DNA of 64,000 nt, from assembly GCA_951406725.2 (NCBI GenBank), contig OX597825.1:30318001-30382000 (forward strand), read 5' to 3'. This document shows positions 40,755-53,817 of the stretch, in pieces. The translations under genes and the position numbers were made by a program. The notes beneath the pieces were generated by a model, which ran no database searches, was not told the DNA's origin, and saw only the letters and a program-made list of their open reading frames with translations. Position 1 is the stretch's first letter. Every line of letters starts with the position of its first letter. The stretch comes from Octopus vulgaris (taxonomy: Eukaryota).

Positions 40755-42344
40755 CCTTAGCTTAAATATCCATTTCATATAAATAAATCTATTTTCTTTC
40801 ATATTTGGAATAAATTCTTATGGTTTATTCCTTGAGAAACGTCTTAATTTTCTCAATCCAGTCAATTTTTCAAATTCTAAATTTCTAACATCCTTTTGAA
40901 TTTAGTTATAAATATTTGGTGAGTTCACTGCATTAGAAGATGGTTCTTTGTGAACCCAATCCTCCAGCTACTTGCAATTCAGGTATTGGAACGAACTTTT
41001 ATACACGGTTGAAATCGCAGTAAAATTTCCTTCAAAACATGCACTACAACCTTAAAAAGGTTAGGGCAACTCATTGAACATTGTAGTTTGAAATGCATGG
41101 ATTGAATAAAAAATAAGATGATCCAAACTGGAATGCTTTTGATCATTTTGATTATACATGTGTTGAATCATGGTTGACACAAAACCAAATAAATCCAAGC
41201 TTGCTTTGATTTGAATCTGGAGAATTTACACTTCACTTGGGCTGTTAATATTCCTCAAAAAGGTAATAACAACACAACCACCTCACTAAAAATGTTTACA
41301 TCCATTCTCCCCGTAGAGAAATCAATACGAAAGCACTCTGCTTTACAAATCTGATATAAATTCGTTTTGCTACCCTTTCATGTTGCTAAAGACTGTCTTT
41401 TTATTAACTTGTTCCCTATTTCTGACAATAATGCTTGTTAAACCTCCCTAAGGCTCTTATTTATTTGAAAATCATTTTATAAATAATCTACAAATCATAT
41501 TATGTCATAAAATTGTAAATGTCCTCCGAGCCCTCAGCAGATTTTACGGTTTGTTGGTTGCTTAGATCCAGCTTCATGACACAAAATGATAGAAGAATAA
41601 ATATTTCTTTGAATGAAGTATGAGTCTTTCTAAGTATCATTCTTCGAATTATTTTTTGCACCCTACTTCCTACACTTAGGTAAGCGAAAATGTGACTTCA
41701 AGATTTAAATGAAATACTCAAATACACTACAGAACAACTGTGATGAAGTAATACTCTCTTATGCTTTTATTAGTTTCAATCCCTAGTTCTATGTGCCAAA
41801 ATCACATCTCAATGCAGCCAAGAGAGCCACACATATTCTGTGAAAAAAGATCACAAAAATATTCTTCGTTGGTGTTGTGTCACTTATCTCTTCAAAAGCA
41901 AAGAGGCATGATCTCTGTACAGATTAACATCATCTCATTTCATTATCCTAAATATGAAGAGCATGCAACCAACATTAGTTTTGTCAGTCTCAGAAGGGCC
42001 ATGAATTTACTAGTGATGATAGCAGATCAAAGTATCAAACTATATTATGTGCATGTGCATTGAACAAGTTTAGAGTAAAAATAGAGTGAGATTTTAAAAT
42101 ATATTCGGAGGTAATGAAAGTAGTGTTTGTTCAGTTAATCTTGTGAACTGCTGTGTAGAAGGTGTCTTCCTATTGAATAAAATAAATTTGTCTTGTAGAT
42201 ACATCTAGTAACTATCTCAGTTCTAAAATTCAGATAGCTTTTATGGTTTTTCAATTTACGAGGATGGTTATATTGGGATTATATCTTCTTTCTGTTACAC
42301 AATATATACATGGATGTATACATAAATATTATTATGTATGTATA

Positions 42345-43004
42345 CACTAAACTTACCTTCCATTAACATGCACTATTTCTTGGATGGCAGACTCTTCAAT
42401 CTCTCATGTCTCGACACAAAGACAAGGACTTCCACCATCTCCGTCTGTGAGATGCAGTATGCTGATGACAACGCCACCCTGAACTGGACCACACATGGCC
42501 TACAAAGGACAGCCAATCTTTACAATGTGGCTTACAAATGCTTCTGGATGCAGGTAAATATATTAAAGACCAAGACCCTGATCCAATCTGCACCAGGCCA
42601 GAACAGTCCACCCACAAATATTAGCATCAATAGCCAACCCCTAGAAGAAGTTGAACACTTCTCATACCCTGGGAGTATCCTTTCAAAGATTCCCACTTGT
42701 GAAAAGGACATAGAGCACCAGATCAGGGCAACCCACTCCACCTTCAATAGACTCAGCCAACGTGTATTCTTCAATCATGCACTGACCATCCAGACAAAGA
42801 TCATAGTCTTCTATGCCATTGTCCTGTCAATTCTTCTCTAGACATGTGAGACTTGGACACTGTACTGCCGTGTAACTTCAAGTGCCTTGAATACTTCCAG
42901 CTATCCAAGCTATGACATTCTAATAATGCAGTTCTTTACCATGACTCACTACCAAGTATCAAAACCACCATTCTTCACCATCGTCTCTACTGGGCAGGTC
43001 ATGT
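42345..43004 (+). pseudogene. RTE-clade LINE RT fragment
   Basis: DGRLFNLSCL..EMQYADDNA..LEEVEHFSYPGS..TKIIVFYAIVLSILL..CETW..WAGHV. Confidence 0.9.
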
Positions 43005-43050
43005 TTGATTTTTCTTTTCAGCATTGAATGTTCACCATCCCACGTCCATT

Positions 43051-43091
<41 letters not shown>

Positions 43092-43610
43092 TTCACATAC
43101 CTCTCTTTTACATGCACACACATAAACTCATACAGTGTTGTAACGTTTGATTTATCTTTTTAACCGTACAGTTTCCATCATTCCACTACAAAGTTTGCCA
43201 CCACTCTTTCCTTCTTTATTCATCTAACACTCCTTCCTTTCTCGTTCATATGTTGTGACAGAGAAAAACACAAGAGTATTATTATAGTAGATAAGGTATA
43301 AAACCAAGTTTTTAGTTTAATAATTCTTTTATTACCAAACTTGTGAAAAATCTATCGGCCAGAAACATCCTTTGACTGCTTGTTTCCTTCAAAAGAATTT
43401 TAAAGTTTTCCTTCCTTCTTGTCCAACTTAAGGCCACATAAAGCTGGCCAAGAGCTGGTAAGTAAATACCAAATACACAGAGTTGAAACGCTGTTTGATT
43501 TTACTTTTCAGCATTGAATGTTCACCATCCCACTTCCATTGCATGTGCACATGACACACAAACACACACACACATTCACATACACCCTTTTTACATACAC
43601 ACGCATATAT
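43002..43610. repeat. ~120 bp direct repeats 490 bp apart
   Basis: tgtttgatttt.cttttcagcattgaatgttcaccatcccac.tccattgca plus CA tract at 43002 and 43492. Confidence 0.75.
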
Positions 43611-44305
43611 TTACACATTCATACTTTTGAATGTGTATTCTAGATTTACACAGAATGCAGATGTTACAGGCATTTGTATTACTGGAGAGAATGTGTGAAG
43701 ATAGGTTTAGTCTAAATAAATATATGTATAATGTGTGTGTGTGTATGTGTGTGTATAAATATGCATATGTCTATAAGGATATACACTGGCAATTAACTTT
43801 CAATAGTGTAAAGGTAAACATAATTTTCAATGAATGGCAGTAGAATTCTTTATTTTTATAGTAGTTCGGTATCTTATAAGTTAAACATATTTTGTAAATA
43901 CTTTGATTATACACCAATTAATGTAAACAAATACATGATTAAGCATTCTGAGATTTCTTAATATATTCTCTTCCTTTTTCCAATATTTTTCAAATTTGAA
44001 TTTGCATATCTTTTATGATACATTTATGAAAGGTGCATTAGCAAAATAAGAAAAACAAATTTTAACCTGACTCAGTAAAACAATTTCCTTGTAATAACTT
44101 GAACTCATAATTTTACCATTGAGTCTACATGACTTTTGTATCTGATATTGAGTATATTATCGAAGTAACATAATATCAGTTGTTAGACTGGGCAAATATA
44201 CATACAAGCCCACACACACATACACACTCACATATATGTATTTATATGCCCATGTGTGTAAATATACACTGTTCTTCTTTACATGTCTGAATACAAATTT
44301 CTAGA

Positions 44306-44709
44306 TACTCTTTTACTTGTTTCAGTCATGTGACTGCGGCCATGCTGGAGCACTGACTTTAGTCGAGCAAATCGATCCCAGGACTTATTCTTTGGAAGCC
44401 TAGTACTTATTCTATCTGGCTCTTTTGCCGAACCGCTAAGTTACGGGGACGTAAACACACCTGCATCGGTTGTCAAGCGATGTTGGGGGACAAACACAGA
44501 CACACAAACATATACACACACACACACATATATATATACATATATACGACGGGCTTCTTTCAGTTTCCGTCTACCAAATCCACTCACAAGGCTTTGGTCG
44601 GCCCGAGGCTATAGTAGAAGACACTTGCCCAAGGTGCCATGCAGTGGGACTGAACCCGGAACCATGTGGTTAGTAAACAAGCTACTTACCACACAGCCAC
44701 TCCTACGCC
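44306..44709 (-). mobile_element. SINE family A, best-preserved copy
   Basis: A box tggctgtgtggt, B box gggttcagtccc, CORE-like accttgggcaagt, internal (TA)(TG) tract. Confidence 0.9.
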
Positions 44710-44759
44710 TATGTATATAAATACTTACAAATTTAGTATGACTGTATATAAGCATGCAA

Positions 44760-44797
<38 letters not shown>

Positions 44798-44798
44798 A

Positions 44799-45667
44799 TA
44801 CTCAAAAGTAACTGGAAACATTCTCTGTGGGAAAAACGAGTGGTAGTTCAGGCTTCTGCTGCAAGAATCCACTTGATGCAATCTTCAGGCATCAGTCTGC
44901 TGACTGGCAGCATCATCTGCATTCCTACTGCCACATGGTCCATCTTTGTTTTGCAGTGCTTCTCTCCTGTTCATTGACTTTTGCAATGGCTGAAACAAAG
45001 GAACAGTATGCTTCCATGTTTTCTGTTAGGGAACACAGTGACCAAAACAGTTGTCATGCTTCAAACAACTTACAAAACACAAGATTATGAGTGGTTTCCA
45101 TGTTTTGAATGGTCACTTGTCACTTGATAACCAACCACGTTCAGGATGTTTCCTGACCTCCCGAACGAATGAAAACATCATGAAAATTCATGAACTGATC
45201 TTGGAGGACCGTCACGAAACAGTTGTTGAACTTGTTGATATGACTGTGTGTCCTGGAGTTCCTGCTAACGAATTTTGAGTGAGGAATTGTAAATAAAAAG
45301 AATTGCAGCAAAATTTGTGCCTCGTTTGCTCATAGAAGATCAATAGTATTCACGACTGAACGCATGTCGTGAACTGAAAGAACAGCTGGAAGTTGACCCA
45401 AACCTTTTTACAAAGGTCATCACTGATGATAAAAGCTGGTGCTATGGAATTTGCAGATGTAGAAGAGGTGAAGGAAAAAAACAACAGAGGCATTGAAGGG
45501 CATCATTTTGTAAAAGTTTCAGCACTGATTCAAATAGGGGAAAATGTGTCTGGACTGATGCATTGCTTCAAATGACGAATACTCTGAAGACAATAAAAGT
45601 GTAAACATGTAAAACTAAGTGATTCAAATAATATTGCACAATTCTGGCTTCTTTTGGGTACCCCTCA
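44799..45667 (+). mobile_element. Internally deleted mariner of a different subfamily (irritans-like)
   Basis: MAETKEQYAS.., LSLDNQPRSG..KIHELILEDR, RIAAKFVPRLL, VITDDKSWCY; right TIR ttcttttgggtacccctca+TA, decayed left TIR. Confidence 0.8.
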
Positions 45668-45877
45668 TATATATATATATATATATAAAAATTAGAGATA
45701 AAACCACTAGTGTGCAACTCAAACAGTGATAGACATAAAGCAAGACATAAATAACATATAACTAGATCTCAAAAAGTTTTAAAATGAATGGTCATTTTAT
45801 ATATTTATAGTGTGAAATTTGATTTAATAATAAATTGAATTTTTCCCTGTATGTTTGGAGTTATACTCCCTAATATG

Positions 45878-45908
<31 letters not shown>

Positions 45909-48289
45909 CTAATTCCACTGTTCCCTGTAGGCAGGCCCTTTCTCTCTCACCCTGAATGCCTCTTTATCTCTCATTCTAACTCTCTCACACCTTCCTCTCC
46001 TTCTTTGTTCTACCGAGGTAATCAAATATCCCCTCAATAGTAAGAGTTCTCTGTCCTTCTATCATATTCTAATCTCTTGATTCCCCTCCCTCCCTCAGCT
46101 GAGGGGTCCATGTCTTGTAAGCTCATGAGTGCTGGTACCACATAAAAAGCACCCTGTACACTCTGTAAAGTGGTTGGTATAAAGAAGGGCATCCTACTTT
46201 AGAAGCCATGCCAAAGCAGACAACTTGATTCTGGTGCAGCTCTCCTGCTTGCAAGCCCCTATCAAACTATCCAACAACAAATAAGCTGGCAGAAAGCAAC
46301 AGAACAACACTACTGTATCTTACTCAAAATAAATCCTGAATCTTCGGTCTTTAGTCTGAAGGTCTTTGATAGTTGATGCTTGTAGGTATGGTACATGAAG
46401 AAAGAAAGAGTGTGTGACTAGAATTACATTATCTAATGTGTCCTTCATCTTTCTTAAATAGCAATAAAAATATATTTTGATGGTGATTTGGCATCTGTTT
46501 TTAGCAGATCAATTAACTATACTGAACCTACCTCAGTGGTATGTGATTTTAAATAATGCAATATCTTGCCAGAAAATAGAATATTTCTAAAGCAATTTAA
46601 ATAGCTTTAAATATATACTACATAAATACAATATTTCTATATTATAACAAGCAAAATTGTCTACAGCCAGAAGAACTGTATAATTATATCAACTTGTTCA
46701 TTTTAAACTTTCCATTTTTATTTGATATTTCAATGGCTTTTCATTTCATTGCATTTCCATACATATTTTAGTATTTGTTTGTTTAAATACTTATTTGTAC
46801 GTTTATAATTTACTTTAAATACACCACTAAAAATTATAGCATGTGACAAAGTTTGGTTTATAGAGTACATAGATAAAATTCTATTAGATAGTTAATAATT
46901 ACAACAAGATGTAGAGAGAAAATTGACAGATAACATGAGAAAAGGAGGGAAAAAAACAATGACAAAAAAGATAGAACAAAGAGTGCTTTGACTATTGTTA
47001 TATTGAGTAAACTGGAAGTTTCACAAAGTACATCACAGTAATTTGTAAGCTTATGCATTTGACTGTGTCACAGCTTTCATATATTCTATGCACATAACAA
47101 TTTGTGGGAGAGAAACAAAGTGAACTTAAAACAAATACATAATGGCATAATACTTTAAACAATATTGTGATAGGATAATGATAAAAACAAAAAGGAAAAT
47201 AAAGACAACCATATTAATAATGTTAACAACAATGAAAGCAATAAAGACAATGTAAAGTGAATGTTTATCATTGTCACATTAAAGGAACAGGAATTCTTTA
47301 CAGATGATCTGTGTCTATAGTCTTTTAGTATTTCTAATTAATTTACAAAAATCTTATTTTCTTTTCTCACACGCACTCACATACATATATATATGTGTGT
47401 ATATAGATTGATAAATGAATACATATACATATATACAGGATACATACAAAATATATGTATATATCACATATAACATCATCATGATGTTGCATGTGTGTGC
47501 ATGTGCATGTATGTGTGCATGTATGTGCATGCATGTGTGTGTCGGGGGTGTACCATACATGAATGTGTGTGCTGGTGTAGTAATTGTCAAGCCTTTCTTT
47601 TGCTCATTTTCAATCATATCTTAGAAGAACTGTCCCTTCACACAAAATCTGTCAATTGTCAACATTTCTTCTGTTCTTAATTTAAAAAAACATTTTTTTA
47701 GCTGAATGCTAAATCAATTTATTGTATCTTATTTTCTGCCACTTTATACTCAGCAACACTACCACTCTCTACAAGGGTGGAACTCAAAGAGAGTTTAAAT
47801 TCAGGAACATTTGCATGATACATTTTCCACTACATTGAACCATACATTTGACTCCCCAAACATAGACTTATGTATAGATATTTTCCAGAACATATTTCTT
47901 TTCAATTTCGTAGTTTGAGCTGACAAGGGAGGTGATATTCATGCACTTTGCTGGCCCCATTCTTAACCCTAGCCCTCCATAACAGGTGTGATTGATGCCA
48001 TTAACTTTCTGCTTAAATTGTTGCTGTTTGGAAAAAAAAATTTAAGTCTAACTTCCAGAGATCCAGTCTTCTAGAGATAAATTATTGGTTATAGTATTTA
48101 GTACAGGATCTTGGGTTTGGATAAGGAAACACACTCATACTTCACTCCCACCTCTTAATCACGAAGAGCATGTGACTAAAATCCCTGAAAATTGCTTCAT
48201 ACACTTGGCCTGGCTATCACTGAGAATTTCTCCTGGTGAACACACATCTCTAACATAGCAAAGAATGCATCTTGAAGATTAACCTATTC

Positions 48290-48356
48290 CAGTGGTTCCC
48301 AACCTTTCTATATAAATGAGTTTTCCCACAGGCCCCTTTTAATATGTTTCTCCTTA

Positions 48357-48428
<72 letters not shown>

Positions 48429-48528
48429 TATATATGCATATATATATATATACATATCACGTGATATATACATATATATATACATGTATATATACATATA
48501 TATATACATATATATGTATATATATATG

Positions 48529-48582
<54 letters not shown>

Positions 48583-49077
48583 GGTTTCAAAAAGAAAAAT
48601 AAACTACACGTGGTAGAAATTTTGGGGACAGTAAGAAGCAAAAAGCGTAAATGCACATTGATATAAAAAAATAAAGGCTTTTTTATGAAAAGAAATGATA
48701 AAAATATACAATTAGATGAACTGAGTTAGAATTAATTGGATAAAAGTCATTATTTTGAATTGTTAAAGGGATTCTAAGTCATACCGGTTTCGTCAATTGC
48801 TCTTCACTGGCTCTGAATGTGCACTGATTACCAAATGGTGTTGGGTCTACTAGTCCCTGAGTAAAAAGATTATAAGCAAGGGAGGTAAGTAGTTCTGGAA
48901 GTGGTGCAATTAGGGTAGATGTAATACTGTAATATGAATGAAGTATGGAATGTATGGTGTATGGAATGTCTATATATATATATATATATATATGAAATTT
49001 TGAATTTAGTTCATGCACTCCCAGTGCTACCTTTGTGGACCACCAGGGGTCTGTGGACCCCAGGTTGGGAACCGCTG
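48290..49077. mobile_element. hAT (Charlie-like) MITE with nested TA tracts and a PLE fragment
   Basis: TIRs cagtggttcccaacct / aggttgggaaccgctg; diverged 8 bp TSD acctattc / gtctactc. Confidence 0.8.
48777..48812 (-). ncRNA. Minimal type I hammerhead with one core substitution
   Basis: Minus strand: agcca-gTGAAGA-gcaattgac-GAAA-CCGG-TA-tgact; palindromic CCGG stem III. Confidence 0.7.
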
Positions 49078-49647
49078 GTCTACTCTTTTTCTGGAAAATG
49101 TATTTTCTCCAACAATTATTAACACACTACAAATCTCAAGTGGGACACACAATAGAGCATTTCCCCCACTTATGAGACAGCACTGCTGTGTCACAAACAT
49201 TGTAGACCACATCTGCGCCATCAAAAGAAAATTACTGAACTTGTTATGGTGAAATCACTCAACAACACACCCCAGTCTCTGGAAAACAGGTGTGCTGCCT
49301 CTTCTCTCTGCTTTTCTACCACTACTACTGTGATTTCTGTTTTTGTGAGTTAACTGGCCTCAAATCACCTCTATATGGTTCATATATCTCTTCTACTTTC
49401 ATGGCTCAAATTGTGTGTACCAGCCAACCTATTTACTGACCACCATGTTAAATTCTAGAATGTCATAACATAATTCTTTCCTAATACATGTTATTCCTAT
49501 TGTTATTAACTTGCAATGGTTTTAGTGGAATGATAATGTTAGTGGCATCAATTTCACCAGTCTTGGAGAGGCTGCAAAGTCTGTGGGAACAGCATGTTCC
49601 ACCAGACCAAGTAATAAAAACAATAAGAAGTACATATAATTCATTTT

Positions 49648-50260
49648 GGAATTGGTTCTTGAAGTACATATACAGCTATGAAAAATAGCATATGAATATT
49701 AGGTTATAAACCCTTTTTGGATAGAGAAAGCAAATGCTGCCAGTAGAACTTGAACTCACTTTTCATGTAGATATGCCAGGCATTCTACCTTTGTACAAAA
49801 CAATCCTTCAAACTTTTCTAGACATTTTGGAAATTTCATTCTTACCAGCAAGAACTGTATGTTGTTGACATAATAAGAATTTATGAAATTTCGAAAGAAC
49901 ATGGAATAATTACTCTGGAATTGCTTCTCAAAGTACATATAAAGTTATAAATTAATGGTTTCAAATTTTGGCACAGGGCCAGCAGTTTTTGAGGGAAGGG
50001 AAAACCAATTCAACAGCCCCAGCATTTATCGACCTCAGTGGAATTTGAACTCAGTATGTAAAGATGAACAAAATGCTGCAAAGCACTTTGTTTGGCATGC
50101 TAAAGATTCTGCCAGCTCACACCACCTTATATAAAACTATAAATAATATCGCAACTAATTGGTTGAGAAACCCTTTGGATAGAAAAAGACAAAGGCTGTC
50201 CTTGGGATTTGAACTCACATCGCCTGTAAACATGACAAGTATTCTATCATTCTGCTGAAG
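49648..50260 (-). repeat. Diverged tandem units with tRNA-like segments; second unit split by a SINE B (49953-50128)
   Basis: tggaattg.ttct..aagtacatata..aaaccctttggatag..ttgaactcac occurs twice; B-box-like gagttcaa on the minus strand. Confidence 0.55.
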
Positions 50261-50302
50261 AAATAAAGTTTTTCTGTCCATTTTAGTAACTTTTTACATT
50301 TG

Positions 50303-50380
<78 letters not shown>

Positions 50381-50400
50381 TGTGTGTATGTATGTATGTA

Positions 50401-51329
50401 AAATCAAAATAAGCAACAGGATATCAGGAGGTGATGCAGTACAACCATTTCAAGTGGCTCCATTTAATTGAACAATGCAATCATTACATCAATTTAAAAG
50501 ATAGGGCTATCCTCAGCTGAATAAATAAATAGAATTTTTTAATCAGTTAGACACATTAATATAATTTTACTCAAATTCTCTAACAGAGCAAGAAGAGGGA
50601 GAAAGTCCATGCTGCTACTAATGTGACTCAGATTATACTACACTTCTAAGAACTGTATGGAGTTTCTTAAGGTCATAGCCTGTAAATGTTTGTGGTTCAC
50701 TTTTAATTTATTAGTCTTTTTTTATCAACTACCAAATCTAAGGCTAGAGGGTAGTGTCTGTTTAAAATGGATAGACAGAGTAAGTTGACAGTTTATAGTT
50801 GGGTATGGTCATAAATATTGTCAGGATTTAGAAAATGTATAAGTTATTGTCTATAAAGGAGGCTGGGTAGATGAAGACCCTAAATCAAGATGTTAATTAC
50901 CAGTTAAAGGTAATTTTGGAACTGAAGGAAAGCAGAATCAAATTTAGCCTGAAATGGGATATTATAAGGAAAGCATAGCCTTATAGAGATAGTCAGTATG
51001 AGTGTGAGCTGTGCTCTATGGAAAATTATGAAATTTTTAATTATAGGGACAAGAGCAACCTGGTTAATGATAGATTATGCATACATAGTATCACCTGTAT
51101 ATTATTATTCATCTTGTAGGGGTTTAAGTTAGTGTTGACATTATCATTGTTACTACCACTTGATAATTTAATATTCTTTCTTTTTAACCTTGCTATGATG
51201 GTACCCATATTAGGGAGAGTAGAGTATGAGATTCTGTTTTCCAGGAAAGAATTCAGTTGTATCTATGGGAAGCAGGAAAGTTCTTTCTAAAATTGTCATA
51301 TAATTTTACTCAAATTCTCTAATAGAGCA

Positions 51330-51336
<7 letters not shown>
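50401..51336 (-). mobile_element. Penelope-like 3' fragment between TA tracts
   Basis: Minus strand FPASHRYN..SYSTLPNMGTIIARL, homologous to the thumb/linker region of the 10530-13414 element; hammerhead at the 3' end. Confidence 0.7.
50437..50519 (-). ncRNA. Hammerhead motif with long stem II region
   Basis: Minus strand: cag-CTGAGGA-tagccctat...atggagccactt-GAAA-tggttg-TA-ctg. Confidence 0.55.
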
Positions 51337-51385
<49 letters not shown>

Positions 51386-51573
51386 TAGATAGATAGGTTT
51401 AAGAGACAGAATCACCCTCAAGCAACTCAATCATCATTGAATGACATTATCCACAATATGTACATATAGGACTAAATATTAAAATTATCAAAATTAATAC
51501 CTACAGTTCTTATTCCAAATTATCAAAATTAATACCTTCAATTCTTATTACAAATCATATACTTTACATTATC

Positions 51574-51678
51574 TAGGCTACACACATTTCATGACAAAAT
51601 ATTCCTTGATATTGCTGAAATAGAATGTCTCTATACAATATCATATTAAAACGATTATATTGCCAATCTTCAGGTCTA
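51574..51678 (-). ncRNA. Hammerhead motif with long stem II
   Basis: Minus strand: tagac-CTGAAGA-ttggcaatata...tattttgtcat-GAAA-tgtgtg-TA-gccta; tgtgtg is consistent with CpG decay of a palindrome. Confidence 0.6.
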
Positions 51679-51935
51679 TCTTATATGAACTTATTTTGCT
51701 ATTTACAACCTATATAAAGACATGACAAACTAAGATAATATAACTAGAAGTTGTTGGAATAATGTTACTTTAGTAGATAATTAACAGAAATGTGGAATAA
51801 AAATAGGAAAAAGAAATGTTAACTTATCTATATGGAAATTTTCTCCCCATGAATTAAGCATGGCTACCGGCAATATAATCCAACATTGAGAGCTACTTTG
51901 TAGGGGAGATGCACATATACATATATATATATATA

Positions 51936-52826
51936 TGGGTCGGCCCATAAATACTATGGTTTTTTTCAATTGCATGAACTAAAAGTCAGAGGGAGACAGG
52001 AAAAACTACCTGCATCAACTTTTGAGAAACTAGCAAAGAAGCTTGGATTTGGTCATTCAACCATTCATCGACATCTGTGTGCCATCAGAAAATTCAGCAA
52101 ATTGGGTCAATGGGTTCTTCACAAACCTTCTGAATCTAATCACATACTGAGAGTGAATGTATGATCTTTGTTGTCACATCTCACAAATGAACCTGTTTTG
52201 GACTGAATAGTGAGTGGTGACGAGAAATGGGTTCTCTGTAAAAATGTCAAGCACCAAAGACAGGTAGGAAAGGAAAAACACCAGCACCCCAGTCTAAAGA
52301 AGGTTTTCACCCACATAAAGTGTTGTTATCTGTTTGGTGGGATATGAAAGGTTTAGTCCACTTTGAACTTTTAATCCCAAACCAAATGATAACAAAGGAG
52401 ATCTACTGTGAGCAGCTTGAGCAGCTTAAGTCAGTGCTGGAAGAAAAACGACCATCTTTGGTTTCAAGAGGAAAGGTGTTCTTCCATCAGGATAATGTTC
52501 GGCCACAGACAGTGAGCATGACATTCCAAAGGCTGGAGAAGTTTCAATGGGAAATGATGTTCCATCCACCATATTCACTGGATATTGCTCTATCTGATTA
52601 TCATTTATTCTGCAGTCTTCAAAATCATTTGGATTGAAAATATATGAATCCTGTAGATGAGGTCTGAATAGTACCAGAGGAGTATTTTTCATTACCGAGA
52701 AATGAATTTTGGATGAGGGGCCTTGCAAGTCTAGCAGAAAGATGGAAGAGCATTGTAGAAAATGAAGGAGAATATATTTTAGATTAAAAAAGAACTTTGT
52801 TTAACTTAATCTTTATGGGATGACCC
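51936..52826 (+). mobile_element. Mariner, internally deleted relative of 6902-8146
   Basis: Similar TIRs, TA flanks, LLSVWWDMKG..FHQDNVRP..HPPYSLDIALSDYHLF; lacks the ~350 bp HTH-coding segment. Confidence 0.9.
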
Positions 52827-52836
52827 TATATATATG

Positions 52837-53255
52837 TTTCTTTATTAACTACACAGGCCTGAACACAGAGGGGACAAATTAAAAAGTAGAGCTTTTCTTT
52901 TTGGGGAGAAAAAAATAAACAAATAAAAAGCGGGGGGGGTAGGTTTTCGATCAAGAGAGATCGTAAAAAGGAAAAAGAAATGATCAATAGGGATCGTGTA
53001 TCACAGAAATGTCATGATATTAAGTATAGAGAGGGAAACAGATAAGGTTTATCCATGGAAAGAAAAGCCTACAGAAAAGACTACGGTAACCTTGGTCAAT
53101 AATGCCACATGTTAACACATTTATTTGCAAGTAAGTAACTCTTTGTTTTAAATTTTTCCGGGTTCATAGGATTATGCTCAAGGTAGCTTTGTCATTCATA
53201 CATGCCATCCTTGCTACATTCACCTATCTTTTTTTGAAACATTCACTAGACAACA
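52837..53255 (-). mobile_element. LINE 3' end (L1/Tx1-like, tentative)
   Basis: Minus strand LSSECFKKR*VNVARMA..LSIIL* then a T-rich UTR ending ttaataaagaaa. Confidence 0.5.
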
Positions 53256-53751
53256 CACACACAGACACATGCAGGCACACACACACACATACACACTCAA
53301 TGTGGTGAGTATTTCCTAGAAGATATGGAAGATACCATAGTTCTACAATTTTTATGTGACCTGTTTAGCATATAAAAATCTTTACAGGTTGCTAAGAAAC
53401 TACCATCCTCCAATTAATAGAAATAAAATCAGCTGAAGTGCAATAATGTTTTCCTGTAAGCCCTTGTACTGAGAGGTCTGTAGAAATGCATGTGTCTGGC
53501 TGAAGTATTTATGTATTTTATATCTATAAAGCAATGGCCCAATATTCAAGTGCAGTTGTTTTAGTGCATTATGTGTATGTCTGAATAAAGATTCTGGATA
53601 TATTTTCATACTCACTGAGTTCTCTGCTAAAAGCCTTTGCACAAAGAAGTAACTTCGTAGCATTTCGAAGGATATTAATTCTTCATTAGTTATTCCTCTC
53701 TCTCTCTTTCTATCTCTCTTTTTTCTCTCTCTCTCTATTTATCTATCTATA

Positions 53752-53801
<50 letters not shown>

Positions 53802-53817
53802 TAAATATTTATAAATA

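Noticed and set aside
47940-49450. Ancient CR1/Jockey-like LINE flanking the hAT MITE
   Set aside because: Only short motif hints; not enough to call without an HMM search.
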